Shown: in pieces, positions 1 through 13,197 of the stretch | Numbering within the stretch: position 1 is the stretch's first letter | Layout: the number at the start of each line of letters is the position of its first letter | NCBI RefSeq assembly: GCF_006345805.1 | Contig: NC_043002.1 | Coordinates: forward strand, 806,001-870,000 | DNA from: Octopus sinensis | Lineage: Eukaryota | Direction: 5' to 3' | DNA length: 64,000 nucleotides | Notes under the pieces: generated by a model | What the model saw: the letters and a program-made list of their open reading frames with translations, nothing else | Database searches by the model: none | Told to the model about the DNA's origin: nothing | Translations under genes and position numbers: made by a program

Positions 1-1300
1 TATTGTCTGCATTGCTAGCATAGATGGCTGACTGTATAGCTGATGGCATATGAGAGAGCCACTATAAAACAGCAGTGATCCCAATCAGTACCCTGTGGGA
101 CTCCACTCACTATCATCATTTCCTGGGAGATGGTACCATTGGCTATTACTGACTGACTTCTAACTTTTAAAAGTCATGCAGCCATTCTCCAAGCTTTCCA
201 ACTATGCCTTGATCATGTATGACTAACTTTATCAAAGGCTTTTGCAAAACTAAGATAAATATATCCACATAATTTGAATAGCTGCACAACAGTTTTTTAA
301 CAGCCAGTCATAATGTTGTAGGAGCTGAGTCAGACAGGTTCTTCCTGATCAAAAACCATGTTGGGTGTAAAATAGCAAGTCATTTTCTTCAAGGAATGTG
401 ATTAGTTACCTCCTGACATTTCATTCTATGACTCTGCTGTGAAGTTAGAGATATGTCTTTAATTTTTAACATCTCTGTTTCTGCTTTTATAAATAGGGAT
501 ATTGTTAAGCCTTGTTTTAACAAACTTAGAAGTTTGCTAATTACAAGAAAACTCTGGAAGACAGACTGCTGTTTTTAGAATATCTGAGAATCCATTAGGG
601 CTAGTTGCCCAGTTTAGGCATATTCAATATTTCGCTTATCCTAGTGGGGCTTGAAGTTTAGGGAGCCATTTACTTGGAAGAATGATCCTACTCTGCAATG
701 CACTGAGGCTGTTTCTTTAGCATATTTAAAGAAAGCTTTAAGGTTTGCTTTATATTTTGTATAACCCTGCCTTCTTTTTCTGCTCTCGCTTTTACAGAGC
801 AGTATTGCAAATTTTTCTTAATCTCCAGCAGTGTCGTTTTATGACAGGATTTTTGATTGTTTATTTTGGTGGTTTGCAACCCTTGTTCTTCATAAGAACT
901 TTCCTCTTACTGGGAATTTTGTTCTTGTGCAGTCGACTTTTCTCTCTAGGACAAATTTTATGCATTACTGACATAAATTGCTTATAGATGTCAGGTGTAG
1001 AGACACAGTTCTACCAATTCTCTCCTTCTATATTAATTTCTAGTTTGCTTTGTAGGAGTTCAGACTGGATAGAGCCTGGATGCTTCTTATAGACTGCATA
1101 CCTACTGCTTCCTTCAGCCATACATTGTCAGCTCTATTGCATTGTGATCCAATACTAAGCACCAGTGTCACGTTCACATTATAAAGAAGTTCCATATTAT
1201 TTGTGAAGCAGAGATCCAGGATATTGTTCACCGTGTTTGGGTGGAGAACCACTTGTACCGTAAGATGCTGGTGAGAATGAGGATGGGTTCTGCTTACTTT
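1..1300 (-). mobile_element. Degenerate CR1/L2-group LINE ORF2 fragment (endonuclease end plus reverse transcriptase), running off the window start
   Basis: Minus-strand translation gives NNILDLCFTNN (ORF 1040-1252), AKAFDKVS near 225-250 and SGVPQG near 90-108, in LINE order, with many stops and frameshifts. Confidence 0.8.
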
Positions 1301-1574
1301 TCTTCACATCACACTCTCTCTCATATATATATTTGTATGAATGGATAGATATATACATATGTGTAAGCACAGTAAACAATACATACATTTATATGCACCC
1401 GATCCATTGCCTAAAGTTCTTAGTGTTGGGAAGGGCACCTGGCAGAAAAAATTAAGTCTAAATTAAACTTACAAGAGAAATGTGGTTCCCTAACCAGTCC
1501 AATTCATACCAGAGTGGAAAGCGGATGTAAAATGACGATGACAATAATCAGGATGTAAACAGGTAGAAATATCA

Positions 1575-1577
<3 letters not shown>

Positions 1578-1631
<54 letters not shown>

Positions 1632-1990
1632 GCATAAAGATTTACAAGTGTGCGTGAACGCGTGTGTACACACACACACACACACACAAGAGAGAGTGAG
1701 ATATAACACTGGCCAACGTCTTCGGGTATTAGGTTGCTTCAAATTGTGAGTTCAAATTCCGCTCAGGCCCACGATGTCTTCTTCTCGGGGTTTTCAAAAT
1801 TAGTACTGAATCCGATATAATCGTTTTCACCCTCAGAAGATGGAACCCGAACATAACCAACATCTAACGACTGAAGCTAGCGATATACAATAACAAGATA
1901 TATAAAGACACACACACACACACACCCATGCAAACAGACACATATTCATACATATACAAGCGTGTGTGTGTGTGTGTGTGTGTGTGTCTA
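1578..1990. repeat. Microsatellite cluster: (TA)n, (CA)n, (GT)n
   Basis: (TA)n about 1578-1631, (CA)n about 1669-1688 and 1907-1925, (GT)n about 1962-1986. Confidence 0.95.
1710..1825 (+). mobile_element. Degenerate SINE fragment, same family as 13840-14052
   Basis: gagttcaaattccgc...tcggggtt...aaattagtac aligns by eye to the intact copy at 13840. Confidence 0.55.
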
Positions 1991-3399
1991 TACACACATC
2001 TGCCAGCGTATCTACTACGTGTAACGGTTGAGTTTGGTGAATAGTTATTTTTGTAAATAAAGCTATTGAGAGGAGGAGTTCGTTGCAATTGAGCAGCTTT
2101 AGAATTATACACACTGGATGTTTTAGATGTGGGTGTAGAAACTACTTCGCATGAGTCGGGGGAGGGGGAGCTTTACGTTGTTGTTTATGTTGTTGGACTG
2201 GAATATTTATAAAATGTAATGAAAAACTGTGTAAAAGATGAAGTTGGCTCAATGCTGAGACGTTTAATGTTGAGGAAGGCCAACAACAACAACAACAACA
2301 ACTGATATGAAATAATAAAGGAGATCAAAAATATCTGTTCTAGATTCACAGACCAACTTCAATAATAATAATAATAAAGATATTTTGTAGATCAGCGACA
2401 CAATAACAGCACAATACTGTGTTTGAAAGTGGTCAAAAAGAGTAAAGTTGTGGTGCTGGTGCTAGTAGTGCTGGTGGTGGTGCTGGTGGTAGTGGTGTTG
2501 TGGTTTCAACCCCACCCAGTTTTTTTGTTTGTTTTTTTGGTTGTTTGGTATGGTTTTCTTTTCTTTTTTTAATTACTTTGTATTACAACAACAACAACAA
2601 CAACAAGAGAAGGACTTTTAGGAAAACAAAACCAGAAGATTATTGTTGAGGAATATAAAGAGAATCTAAAGAGAAGTTCTGAAGGAATAAAGGAAGTGGA
2701 GAGAGAATTGCAAAGATACAAAGGACTTCCTGTAACACAAGAAGCAGAGGCGAGGGTTTGAAATAGGATAATTAGTCATTAAATTGAAGTTGGTTGCTCT
2801 TTAATTACTTCATGAAAATATCAATTAATCCCTTAATATCAATGGACAGAACTGAAAAGGAAATTATATCAAATTGTAGCCTTTTCTGAGACAAGAGAGA
2901 TGTCACCATGTGGCTTAATAATAATAATAATAATGAAGAATGTAGGGAAAAGGGAGGAATCTATGCGGGAAAATAGCGATTGTTACGTGAAATAAGCTAC
3001 TTAAATGAACATTTGATGTGGAAAGAAGAGAAATATTTTAGATGAGATGAGGTTAAAGAGGTTTGGAAGGTGAGAGAAATTGGAGACGGTTTGGATTTGG
3101 AAATCGAGAGGAAAGCAATGAATATTTGTAGAAAAAGCGAATTAAATGGGATGAGAGAGAAGTTATTTTAACAAACAGCAACAGCTGTAACAATGTCTAA
3201 TGCGTTAATAAAAGCTTTTGAGACGGAAGTCCACATGGAAAGTGGAGATCGGAGGATCTTTCGGTGGATGTTGTTGCTTCTTAATATAAACAAGACATGA
3301 TTAGTTGGATATAAACAGAGGGAAATATCTGGGCAGATATCACACAGAAACACGCTATTTAAGGCTTCAACACGGTCATAACGATCGACATTATTCAGT

Positions 3400-4000
3400 T
3401 TCCCACAAATACAGACAATAAGAAGAAGAAATAATAATAAAGAAAATAACGGAAATCGCAGAAACGATTCAAAGCTGACGAGTTACGAATTCGTTTTCGA
3501 CGAATTTCTATGAAAACTGACAAATTTGCAAAGTTCTCTCGATAAAAATAATTCCTGGTGTCTAGTAAGAATGAATATAATTGAAGGAGCTAAACTAGGA
3601 TTTAATGAACAACGAAAGAGGAATCGATCGAACGAAAAAGAAGCGAATCGAGAGAAAAAGCAACAAAATTTCTGGACGCTTTTCGCGGAGATTATTTAAT
3701 GCTTTCTTTTTCAGTGGCAATAATTATTTTCAAAGGCGCTTACATCAAATTTTTAGTGATAGTATTTTTGTAAGTGAAACCCGTGGATTTGAGCTTACCT
3801 TGTGTTAAATTTCGGGCCATTTCTTATCCGAAATGCTAATCATAATTTTTCGTTCACGACAAGTTGCCAGTCAAAATGGCCGCCATGAGCTGTTTTGAAG
3901 ATTCGCTTCTGGTGACCCAGAACAAAGCCGAGTGGACACTTCGGTCGGGAGATGCGGCTCGACGACAACCCACCATTAACAACAAATCAACCCATTTTCC
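3400..4000. promoter_or_regulatory. CpG-retaining, TE-free promoter-like island with a YY1-type motif
   Basis: High CpG density relative to the flanks. AAAATGGCCGCCAT at 3873-3886 contains the YY1 core GCCATTTT on the minus strand. A minus-strand donor lies at 3798. Confidence 0.6.
3799..3820 (-). CDS. Possible first coding exon (MARNLTQ + 1 nt) of an unidentified leftward gene
   Basis: Minus strand reads gaaATGGCCCGAAATTTAACACAAG|GTAAGC, a strong donor. No downstream exon was identified, so it could be non-coding. Confidence 0.3.
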
Positions 4001-4814
4001 ACACTTTCTAACATTATAAAGTACGAAAAGATACTTTTAGAAAAACAATTCTTAAGAATAAAAGTATAAAAATAAGTAGAATTCATTATTTTTTAGATGT
4101 TTGCGTAGATGTATGGATCATACTGCGCAGTTGTATATGACATTCCTCCGCCGAAAAATTAGTTTTCGTTTTCTCTTAAATTAAGCTCTTGTCAAATACT
4201 CGTATGATAATTCGCAATAAAATGAAAGATGTTACTGGTATTTTATAAATGATTTTATATGAAAAGAAGCGAATCCAGAAAAAATAGCTAAAAAACTTGA
4301 AGAAAGTAGTACCAAAGACTGCTTACTCAAGCCCTTGAGTTGATGAATGAAACCCCTGCATCTAATAGTAAGATCGTTGTGTGGAAATAAAGAGAAACTC
4401 ACTCCTCACTTAAAAAGCTAACCTTCCAAGTAGGACGAGGCAGCTTTAAATTTTACACAAATATTACCTAAATTACAAAAAAAAAATTATCCCCGAATTT
4501 TATTGTTTTTATATTGGCAAGGTAACGAAAAATGTCTCTTTTATACTAACAACGGGCTACGTGCACAATTCCTAATTCGTCATGTTGATTAGTCAATGGG
4601 GAAATTATTAAAGACCAATAGATATTTTGATTGGTTAATACAGTCGAAGCTCATTAAACATTGGCTTAATCAGGAAATGGCAATTAAATTTTCTCAAAGA
4701 TTTCCAATTCTTACAAAATATTTATGACAACTTTCCACGAAATATTTGTATCTTTTTTTTTTTTTTTTTTGAAAAATTGACTATAAAAAGTTATTTCAAA
4801 CAATAATTCATTCT

Positions 4815-5225
4815 TTTACACACACACACATACGTATGTACATACATACATACACACACACATACACACATACGTATGTACATACACACATACGTACATA
4901 CATACACACATACAGACGTACACACATACGTACATACATATATACATACATACACACACACATACGTATGTACATACATACATACACACACACATACACA
5001 CATACGTATGTACATACACACATACGTACATACATACACACATACAGACGTACACACATACGTACATACATATATACATACATACACACACACATACGTA
5101 TGTACATACATACATACACACACACATATGTATGTACATACATACATACACACATACATACATACATACACACATACAGACGTACACACATACGTACATA
5201 CATATATACATACATACACAGATGT
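4815..5225. repeat. Compound CA/TA/CG microsatellite with a 132-bp higher-order period
   Basis: The marker tacagacgta recurs at 4911, 5043 and 5175. Purine-pyrimidine alternation is nearly uninterrupted. Confidence 0.9.
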
Positions 5226-6374
5226 ACATAGTGGCTGCCCCCTCGTTATCGAGTATTGCCATTGCACGAAGCTTAATCAATGTTGTTATCGTGCAATGCC
5301 TGTGCAAGATTTTTTTTTAAGTGAGGAAAGGCCGTGCACTGAGTCAATCCCACACACTAAGCAACAGCAGCCATAATCCGAAAAGAAGAACAAGTCAACA
5401 TCATCGGTAACCACTGAGCCGCAGGTTTTATGTCGGAGTTATCTCAGTTACCTGAGTTACCTTCTCCTAGAAGGATGCCCTGACAAAGGCTAGGAGTCCT
5501 TCACTCCTAATTGTTTAACCGCGTGAACGGGTATTCAGTCCGATTATTTCATACATACATATTGTGGACGAATGTTAGGCAAATATCTGGCCACAATGTT
5601 CCAGCCGGCTTTTCCAAGCTGACATGGATTGGACTGGTCATCATAGTTTTTAATTGGTATTACTGACTTTCTAATGGTAGAGGGACCACATCTCAATCGT
5701 GCATTATATTTTTTACATGTTTTCTATTGCTGGATGTTTTTCCTATCGCTAACCACTTCACAGAGTCTACTGGGTATATTTTACTGTAGCACCAGCACTA
5801 GAGAGGTTACTATGACCTCTGCGACACTAAAGAGGTTACTATGACCTCTGCGACACTAAAGAGCTCTCTCTGTTCTCAGCTGTGTCCATTTGTACACCAA
5901 CCAGTGAGTACCAAGTGTTTGTTTTTTGTAGTAGTGAGGTGTTTTTTTGTTTGTTTGTTTTTTACCTCAGTAGCTCTAAACATTGTTCTCTATCCTACAG
6001 GAAGTTGCCTTCTCCCAACAGGTAGAAGAGAGAGTAAAGAGGACCAGAGCAAGAGTAGAGAATGATGGAGGAGGACAAGGCCAATATAAGAGAAAGTGAG
6101 TGATAGGAGGTTACACGTTTGTTGTTAGTCAAGATTGAACAGATACTTCCTGAATGGTGTAATGGGAAACAATGAAGTGATAGGAAAAGGAGAAAGGATG
6201 ATAAAAGTGAAGGAGATTGAGTGATATCATCAAGGACAGAAGAGGCAGAGAGAGAGAATAACAGATACCAATGGAAATGGGTGATTGTAAAAGATCATGA
6301 GTGATGGATGTTGATAATGTGCAATGGGGGAGAGGGTAATAGGAGGCAGATATCTAGCAGTAAAGAATGTGTGG

Positions 6375-8333
6375 TGTGATGAGCTATGTGGTATTGGTGG
6401 AGAGGATTGCAGATGAGGTAGACAGAAGTGAAGGCTGCAGGGGCTGGTAGAACAGCCACAGGACATGCATGGGTAGGAAGCACGTGTAACATTCGGGAAC
6501 TATGTGGGAAGCTGGTGAGATACTACCCGATTGCAGGATGGCTCCAGACAGCATGTAGCTTCAAGAGACGAGCTGAAGGAGCGAAGTGGAAGGATTGAGT
6601 GGGGGAGAAGACACTGACATGATACAGAAAGTCTTGGTCAGAGTGAGAACAGAGGATCCAGTGAGGGACAGTCGGTATGTTCCCAAATCAAAAAGCGAGA
6701 TTGTATGGTGTGATGCCAGTAGCATCGCAATAGGGGTTGTCTTGGAAGTGGGAGGTGTCATGGTGGAAGATGCAGCCTGGCTCAGGAAGACGGATGACTG
6801 CAATCATATCAATGTGGCAGAGTTAGATGCCGTGTTTGAAGGGAGTGAACCTAGCCTTGAAGTGGGGGCTGCGCACCATAGGAATCAGGACCAATTCGGC
6901 CACTGTACTTGGTTGGGTGACAGCAGTCAACACCAATAAGCAGAGGGTGCGAACCAAAGGGGCCGCAGAGATGTTGGTAAAGCGTCAATTGGAGATACTG
7001 CGTGAACTAACCACTGAGTTCAATCTGAAGCTGAGCATGATCTTTGTGCCTTCTGAGAAGAACAGGGCAGATGTCCTGACCAGGGTAAAGCAAGCCTGGT
7101 TGCAGGTGCCAGAGGATGCGGAGCAGGCTGTCGCTGCAGTACGCCGTCTGAGTGACTCGGAGTTGAGGAGATTGCATACCATGCATCATATGGGGATGCA
7201 CGGGATGTTGTTCCTAGCCATGAAAGTCGACTCCGATGTAACAAGACGGAGCGTGCAGAGAGTGGTTAGCAGCTGTGACAGGTGCCAGTCCATCAACCCT
7301 GCTCCGGGCGTACAAAAGGCGGGAAGTATTCCAGTGGACCATGACTGGAAACAACTGGCAGTGGACATAACACACTACCGGCAGGGGACATACCTCTCAA
7401 TGGTTGACTGCGGACCGAGGTGGTTGGCAATATGGAGGGAGATGAAGACAGGGACCGCAGAGGAAAGTGTGAAAGTATTGAATGAGATATTCCTGGAATG
7501 AGGCCCCATGGATGAGCTGCTTCTGAATAATGGCACTGCATTTCGCTCGGAGGTGCTGAAAGAAATGCTTGATGGGTGGCAGGTCAACCACTTCTTCAGG
7601 GCGGCATACTGGCCAGGTGGGAATGGGGTGGTGGAAAGGCATCATCATACCATCAAGACCATGGCAGAGAGGGGCTGCATTTCACCAATCGAGGCCATAT
7701 TTTGGTACAATATATCACCCAGGTCAGGACAGGCTGAGGAGTCGGTGCCAACAGGGCAATATTCAGGTATGAGTGGAGACATCCATGTACTGCATCAATG
7801 CGACCTGGGGCAGAGGAAGAGCACACCTTCGTGCAGGTCGGGGTAGAAGTTTGGGTAAAACCCCCAAATGCACGGTGTACATCATGATGGGGAAAGGGAA
7901 CAATAACCTCCATCAATTCAAAGAACAATGTCTCTGTTGATGGTATGCTATGCCACGTTTTGGATGTGTGGAAGATTGTCAATGCCTCAGAGGATGGAAC
8001 CAGCAGCAGTGGGCAAGAAGATGAAGACTGCAACAGTAGGCAAGATGATAAAGCCAGCAGCAGAATGCCAGGAACTCTGGCCAGTCCTGGGGTCGCACAG
8101 CGACCACAGAGGAAGTGGCACCCTCCTCCTTGGTTGGCTGATTATGAAACCAGTTTGAGAGTGAGGAGTGAGTGGGAAAGCCGGCTGAATGATCTGTAGA
8201 TCAAGGGTGCGTATGGTGTTATGGGCTGTGATGAGCTATGTGGTGTTGGTGGTGAGGATTGCAGGTGAGCTAACAGAAGTGAAGACTGCAGGGGCCGGTG
8301 AAACAGCCATGGGGCATGCATGGACAGGAAGCA
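6375..8333 (+). mobile_element. Gypsy (Ty3) LTR retrotransposon remnant: RNase H plus integrase between short direct repeats
   Basis: RNase H motifs CDASSIAIGVVL and HINVAELDAV. Integrase: H-H-C-C zinc finger (HTMHHMG...CDRCQ), LAVDIT, NGTAF, NGVVERHHHTIK. Similar repeats of about 107 bp at 6375-6482 and 8227-8333. Frameshifts and stops present. Confidence 0.9.
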
Positions 8334-9564
8334 TTATTCATTATAGTCCTCCAGGCAATTCAAGACAGGCTGCCCCTGGGAGCTCTTCTATGCTGAAAGC
8401 CTTGTTCAATAGCTGAGTCATTAACAGAACTAGAAGAGAAGTTTCAGGTATGGAAGGTCTAGAATCGAAGGACCTTAAAGTTAACCAAGCAAAAACCAAA
8501 GTCTTAGTAAGTAGGAAGGCAGACAAATCACAAATCCCTTCAGATAGACAGCCCTACTTGATCTGTAGAAAAGACATAGGTAGAAACTCTGTATGTTGTA
8601 CCCAGTGTAAGCTATGGACACGTAAGAGGTACAGCAATATCAAAGCAAGGTTAACTGGGAAGATAGCTTTTGTGTTTGGCCGATGCACAAAGGCAATAAA
8701 TGCCAAGATGTACAGAAAACAGATTCCATCACATACCAAGGAGAAAAACTAGAAGTAGTTGATAGCTTACATTACCTAGGTGACCAAGTCAGTTGCAGGG
8801 GTGGATGCTCTGAGAACGTGGCTGTGAGAATAAGAATAGCCTGGGCAAGGTTCAGAGAGATCCTACATCTGCTGGCAACAAAGGGGCTCTCACTCAGAGT
8901 GAAAGGTAGACTGTATGATGCATGTGTGCAAACAGCCATGCTACACGGCAGTGAAACATGGGCTATGAATGCTGAGGACATGCGTAGGCTTGCAAGGAAT
9001 GAAACTAGCATGGTCCGCTGGATGTGTAATGTCAGTGTGCATACACATGACAGAGTGAAAGCACCCTGAGAGAAAAGTTGGACATAAGAAGCATCAGATG
9101 TGGTGTGCAAGAGAGACGACTGCGCTGGTATGGTCATGTGTTGTGTATGGATGAAGAAGCATCACACTCTAACAGTAGAGGGAACCTGTGGAAGAGGTAG
9201 ACCCAGGAAGACCTGGGATGAGGTGGTGAAGCATGACCTTTGAACGTTGGAACTCAAAGAAGCAATGACAAACGATCGAGACTTTTGGAGATATGCTGTG
9301 CTTGAGAAGACCCGACAAACCAAGTGAGATCGTAGTCATGGTTGATGCCAGTGCCAGTGGCACATAAAAAGCACCATTTGAGCATGGCCGATGCCAGTGC
9401 AGCTTGGCCAGCAGAGTGGTTGGCGTTAGGAAAGGCATCCAGCTGTAGAAACCTTGCCTGATCAGATTGGAGCCTGGTGCAGCTTCCTGGCTTGCCAGTC
9501 CTCAGTCAAACAATTCAACCCATGCCAGCATGGAAAACAGATGTTAAACAATGATGATGATGAT
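8334..9564 (+). mobile_element. 5'-truncated RTE LINE (RT C-terminal half, 3' UTR, (GAT)n tail)
   Basis: GLSLRVKGRLYDACVQTAMLHGSETW, LRWYGHV and GRGRPRKTWDEVVKHDL, followed by the family tail ...ggaagggcatccagctgtagaaac...catgccagcatggaaaac...gatgatgat. Confidence 0.9.
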
Positions 9565-10439
9565 TTATATTTATTTCAAGATTTTCTTCCATTTGGATGG
9601 AATGAAATGCATAATAACTTATCCTCATTTGTTATGCATTGTTATGACATAGATAATTAGATAAAAGAAAATAAGAGGAAGCTTTATCTGTGATTTATTG
9701 AGCTGAACTGACTTGCACTGAATACTCTGTTTAAATATGATTGGTTACATAAAGTAACAAGTAAACTTACAATTAAAGGGAACTAACTCAAATCATGACA
9801 TCATTCAAGAGTTTTCTGAGATGTGAAGGAGGAAAAAGACAGAAGCAAAGAAAGAATGGCAGTAGTTTTACCTGTCGGTCCAGAGAAAGGGTCGCTCACA
9901 ACATCCACATACTCTGCCTCGATCTGGAAGATTCACTCAACGTCCACATGCTCCATCCGTTGCCGTATCATCTAATACACCCGCTCTGATGCACTGACTG
10001 CTTGTGCCTCACTGACTCCACATGTCCACCGTGGCCCTTCTGGTGGGACCCACAGGCCTCACTTCCAATAGGACATACCTACTCCCTCACTTCTAGTCCT
10101 TCCCTACAACACAGCAGAATAACACCACATTTTCTTCAAAACCTAAATGGTGAATTTATTTATGCCATGCCAAATGAGATAAATGGATGTCATGAAAAGA
10201 GCCAACAGCTTCCTTGTTTTTTTATTAATGCTATTTCTCAGGTGTTCCTGACACCTATTGATCTGCAAAGTTGAAGAAATGGGAGTTATGATGCTCCTGT
10301 CTTTCCCAGTAGTATTGCTGGTGTTAGTATAATAGCTAATGTTAGAAATCAAACCTTACTCCCTCTTTGCCAACACAAAATTAAATCTTCTAAATCATCT
10401 CTCTATTGTTAGGAGTTACTAATGACCTCTCCTGATGAT

Positions 10440-10910
10440 TTCATAATGGAATAAAAATTAAATCCCGAATACTAACTTTGCTCTTAAGAGACAGAAAATA
10501 TTGAACAATTGGCTAACAACTCTCCACAAAGCTCAAGATAGATTCACAATGGAATACTGTTCTCACATCTTAGAAGAAGGCCTGAACTAAACATCCAAGG
10601 CCTGATCTAAAAGAAGGTCATCTGACTGATTTGCAAGGAGTCATACTTTACCCTTTGGTGCATGTCTTTGTGGTTCGTCTCTCTGTCATTTACACTATAA
10701 CTTCAACAGCATTTACTCTTCTGGATTAGATAGCTGCATAATACCTGCATCCAAGCCCATTCTAGCCATTATACTCGATCATTCCTTACCAGAACAACAA
10801 ACCTCTGAACTTCAATTTCCTGTCCTCATTTTGCCTTCACCACCAACTAGCAGAAATTCAAGGTAAACATCAAGTGCTTCAATCTGGCCATACTCAAAGA
10901 ACCTATGAAG
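10440..10910 (+). mobile_element. Ancient LINE (CR1/Jockey-like) ORF2 3' remnant
   Basis: atggaatactgttctcacat translates to MEYCSHI, and a downstream YNFNSIYSSGLDSCIIP resembles the C-terminal motif of this group. Very decayed. Confidence 0.45.
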
Positions 10911-11247
10911 GTCATAGGCACACTCCCTTTTTCCTAAATAATATCTGTTACTTATTGCTGTATTTAAGCAGCCTTATTTAAATGAAATAGTCAGTGTGAG
11001 TCAGTTCCCATGGCTGCTTGATTATTAAGCCATATATAAAGTCTCCCGTTATGTTATCTAAATAATCATAACACAACGTAGCATTAACAATACCATAGAG
11101 AAACCTTGTGTCAATGATTCCATTTACAAGAACTTTACTTTGTACTTCACAATGCTCACCATTCTTCAGATAGAAATATTACTCTCTAAAAGAAAAATCT
11201 CCAACTAATTTCATAACATAATTCAATTTTTCATAAACACTAAACTT

Positions 11248-12800
11248 ATCATCATCATCATCTGCCTTCCATGCTGGCATGGGCGGGACGGTTTGAAAGG
11301 AGCTGTCCAGGCAGAAGCCTACCCCAGACTTCTGTGTACTGTTTTAGCAGGATTTTTACAGCTTGATGCCCTTCCTAGCACTGACCACCCAGCAGAGTGA
11401 ACCAAGTGCTTTTTACGTGGCACAAGCATAGGTGAGGTCATTTTTGGCAAGGTTTTTACAGCTGGATGCCCTTCCAAATGCCAACCACTATACAGTGTAG
11501 ACTGGATGGTTTTTAAGTGGCACCAGCACTGACGGAGTAACCAAGTAACTTGCAAGACAAAGAACCTTTGAAAAGTGGTGGGGAGCATTGGAGGAGTGGG
11601 TCCTGTGTCAGATGATGAACGGTTATAGTGAGACAGGGAGGCAGAAAAAGGAAAAGGTGTCTTGCTGTAGAGGAGGTACAAGGTTACCTGGCCAGGGAGA
11701 GAGATCAAGAACGAAGACAGAGACAGGTGTGCTGCCACAAAGGAGATACATGGTTACCCAACCTGAGGGAAGTGCAGGAGAAGGAGGGAGAGAGAGAGAG
11801 AGAGATGGTGGCAAGTGACAGTTCATATCCTTGAGGTTTGAAGGTCATAATATATGCAGCAGGATATTGGCAAAGAAGCGTGATTAGAGAGTGCAGAGGG
11901 GGAGGAAGTGAGTGGTGAAAACCTAGGCATATATAGAGCTGGGGGTGGGGGCTACCGGATAGCAATGATACAGAGAAACAAGGCCATGAGGACTAGATTG
12001 AGGAGTGAGAGGTAGGCATAATGCATGAAGGAGGAAATGTGAAGAAGAGAAGAAATGAAGAGATGTCGATTGGTTTGATGGGGTAGGGTGTGTCAAAAGT
12101 TTTCTTGTTATTTGTGGATAGAACACACAGATCGGTGGGGGTGGGGGTTAGCAGATAACAGTGAGACAGGGCCAAGAGGAGATGATTGGCTAGTGGAAGG
12201 TAAGCATAGTGCATCAAGTGGAAATAGGAGGAAGAGAAGAAATGTAGAGGTGTTGTTTGGTTTGTTGTGGTAGGGTGTTTGTTAAGGGTCGCGTGGGTCA
12301 CACAACACTTCTAGAATTTAGTTTTACTGAGATGTATAGAGAACCTCATATCTCCATACATCTCAGTCTATTGTCATTTCCTCTGTGAAGCACAGCATCC
12401 TGAGATCGATCCTTACCACTTCATCCCACATCTTCCACAGGCACCATTGACGCTACTTTATGCATCTGTCCTCATTGAAACGCATAACATGTCCCAAACC
12501 AATGTAGTCTTCTCTCTTGCTTGCTACATTTGATTCCCCTTACACCCAACTTTTCTCTCAATATATTTTATTGCACACATGCTCTGATGTTGCACATCCA
12601 ATGGAGCATACTAACTTTATTTCTATTTCTCTCCAGTCTACGTATGCCTTCTGCATTCAGAGCCCATGTCTCACTACCGTTGAGTATAGCCATTTGCACA
12701 CAAATATCATACAAATACTTTTCACTCTGAGAAAAATAGCTCTCTGAACTTCCTCCACCCTATTCCTATTCTAGGAGCAATACTTTCAGAGCATCATCCA
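11248..12800 (-). mobile_element. RTE LINE 3' fragment with a long pyrimidine-rich 3' UTR
   Basis: (ATC)n tail at 11248 and family 3' motif. ORF2 C-terminal remnants at 12380-12800, homologous to 16200-16690 in inverted orientation. Confidence 0.8.
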
Positions 12801-13089
12801 CCAGTGAGGAGTTAAAAAGGTTAATAACTATCAAAAGAAAGTTCCTGAAAAATCCCTTAGTTGCTATGCCATAAGCTGAGCATTTGAAAAATCTGCATCT
12901 GCTTTCTTTCTGTCGCCATGTTGCACTATTTTGTTCTCCAAGAGATTGAATTTTAAATGATTTTGTCCACCTGCCTGTAAATATGTATCACATTTCATGT
13001 AATTGTGGCTGGTGACTTTAATGGACATGTTGGGCAGCATTCCTATGGATTCTATGGTGTGCATGGTGGTTATGGTTTCGGCTCTAAGA

Positions 13090-13197
13090 TTAAATAAGTA
13101 CCAGTTACTCACTGGGGTCAATATAATCGACTTAATCCATTTGTCTGTCCTTGTTTGTCCTCTCTGTGTTTAGCCCCTTGTGGGTAGTAAAGAAATA
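13090..13197 (+). mobile_element. 5'-truncated SINE with a 16-bp TSD
   Basis: TSD ggtttcggctctaaga (13074-13089) and ggttttggctctaaga (13198-13213) flank taaataagtaccagt...agaaata. Confidence 0.8.

Noticed and set aside
1837-1893. + strand mini-exon MEPEHNQHLTTEASDIQ* after a good acceptor
   Set aside because: No donor or upstream exon, and it sits between a SINE remnant and microsatellites.
4791-5376. Several 130-166 aa ORFs
   Set aside because: They are translations of a CA/TA microsatellite (CVYV/HTY repeats), not genes.
5802-5864. 30-bp tandem duplication (agaggttactatgacctctgcgacactaa)
   Set aside because: A local slippage duplication inside a decayed RTE tail; no further significance seen.
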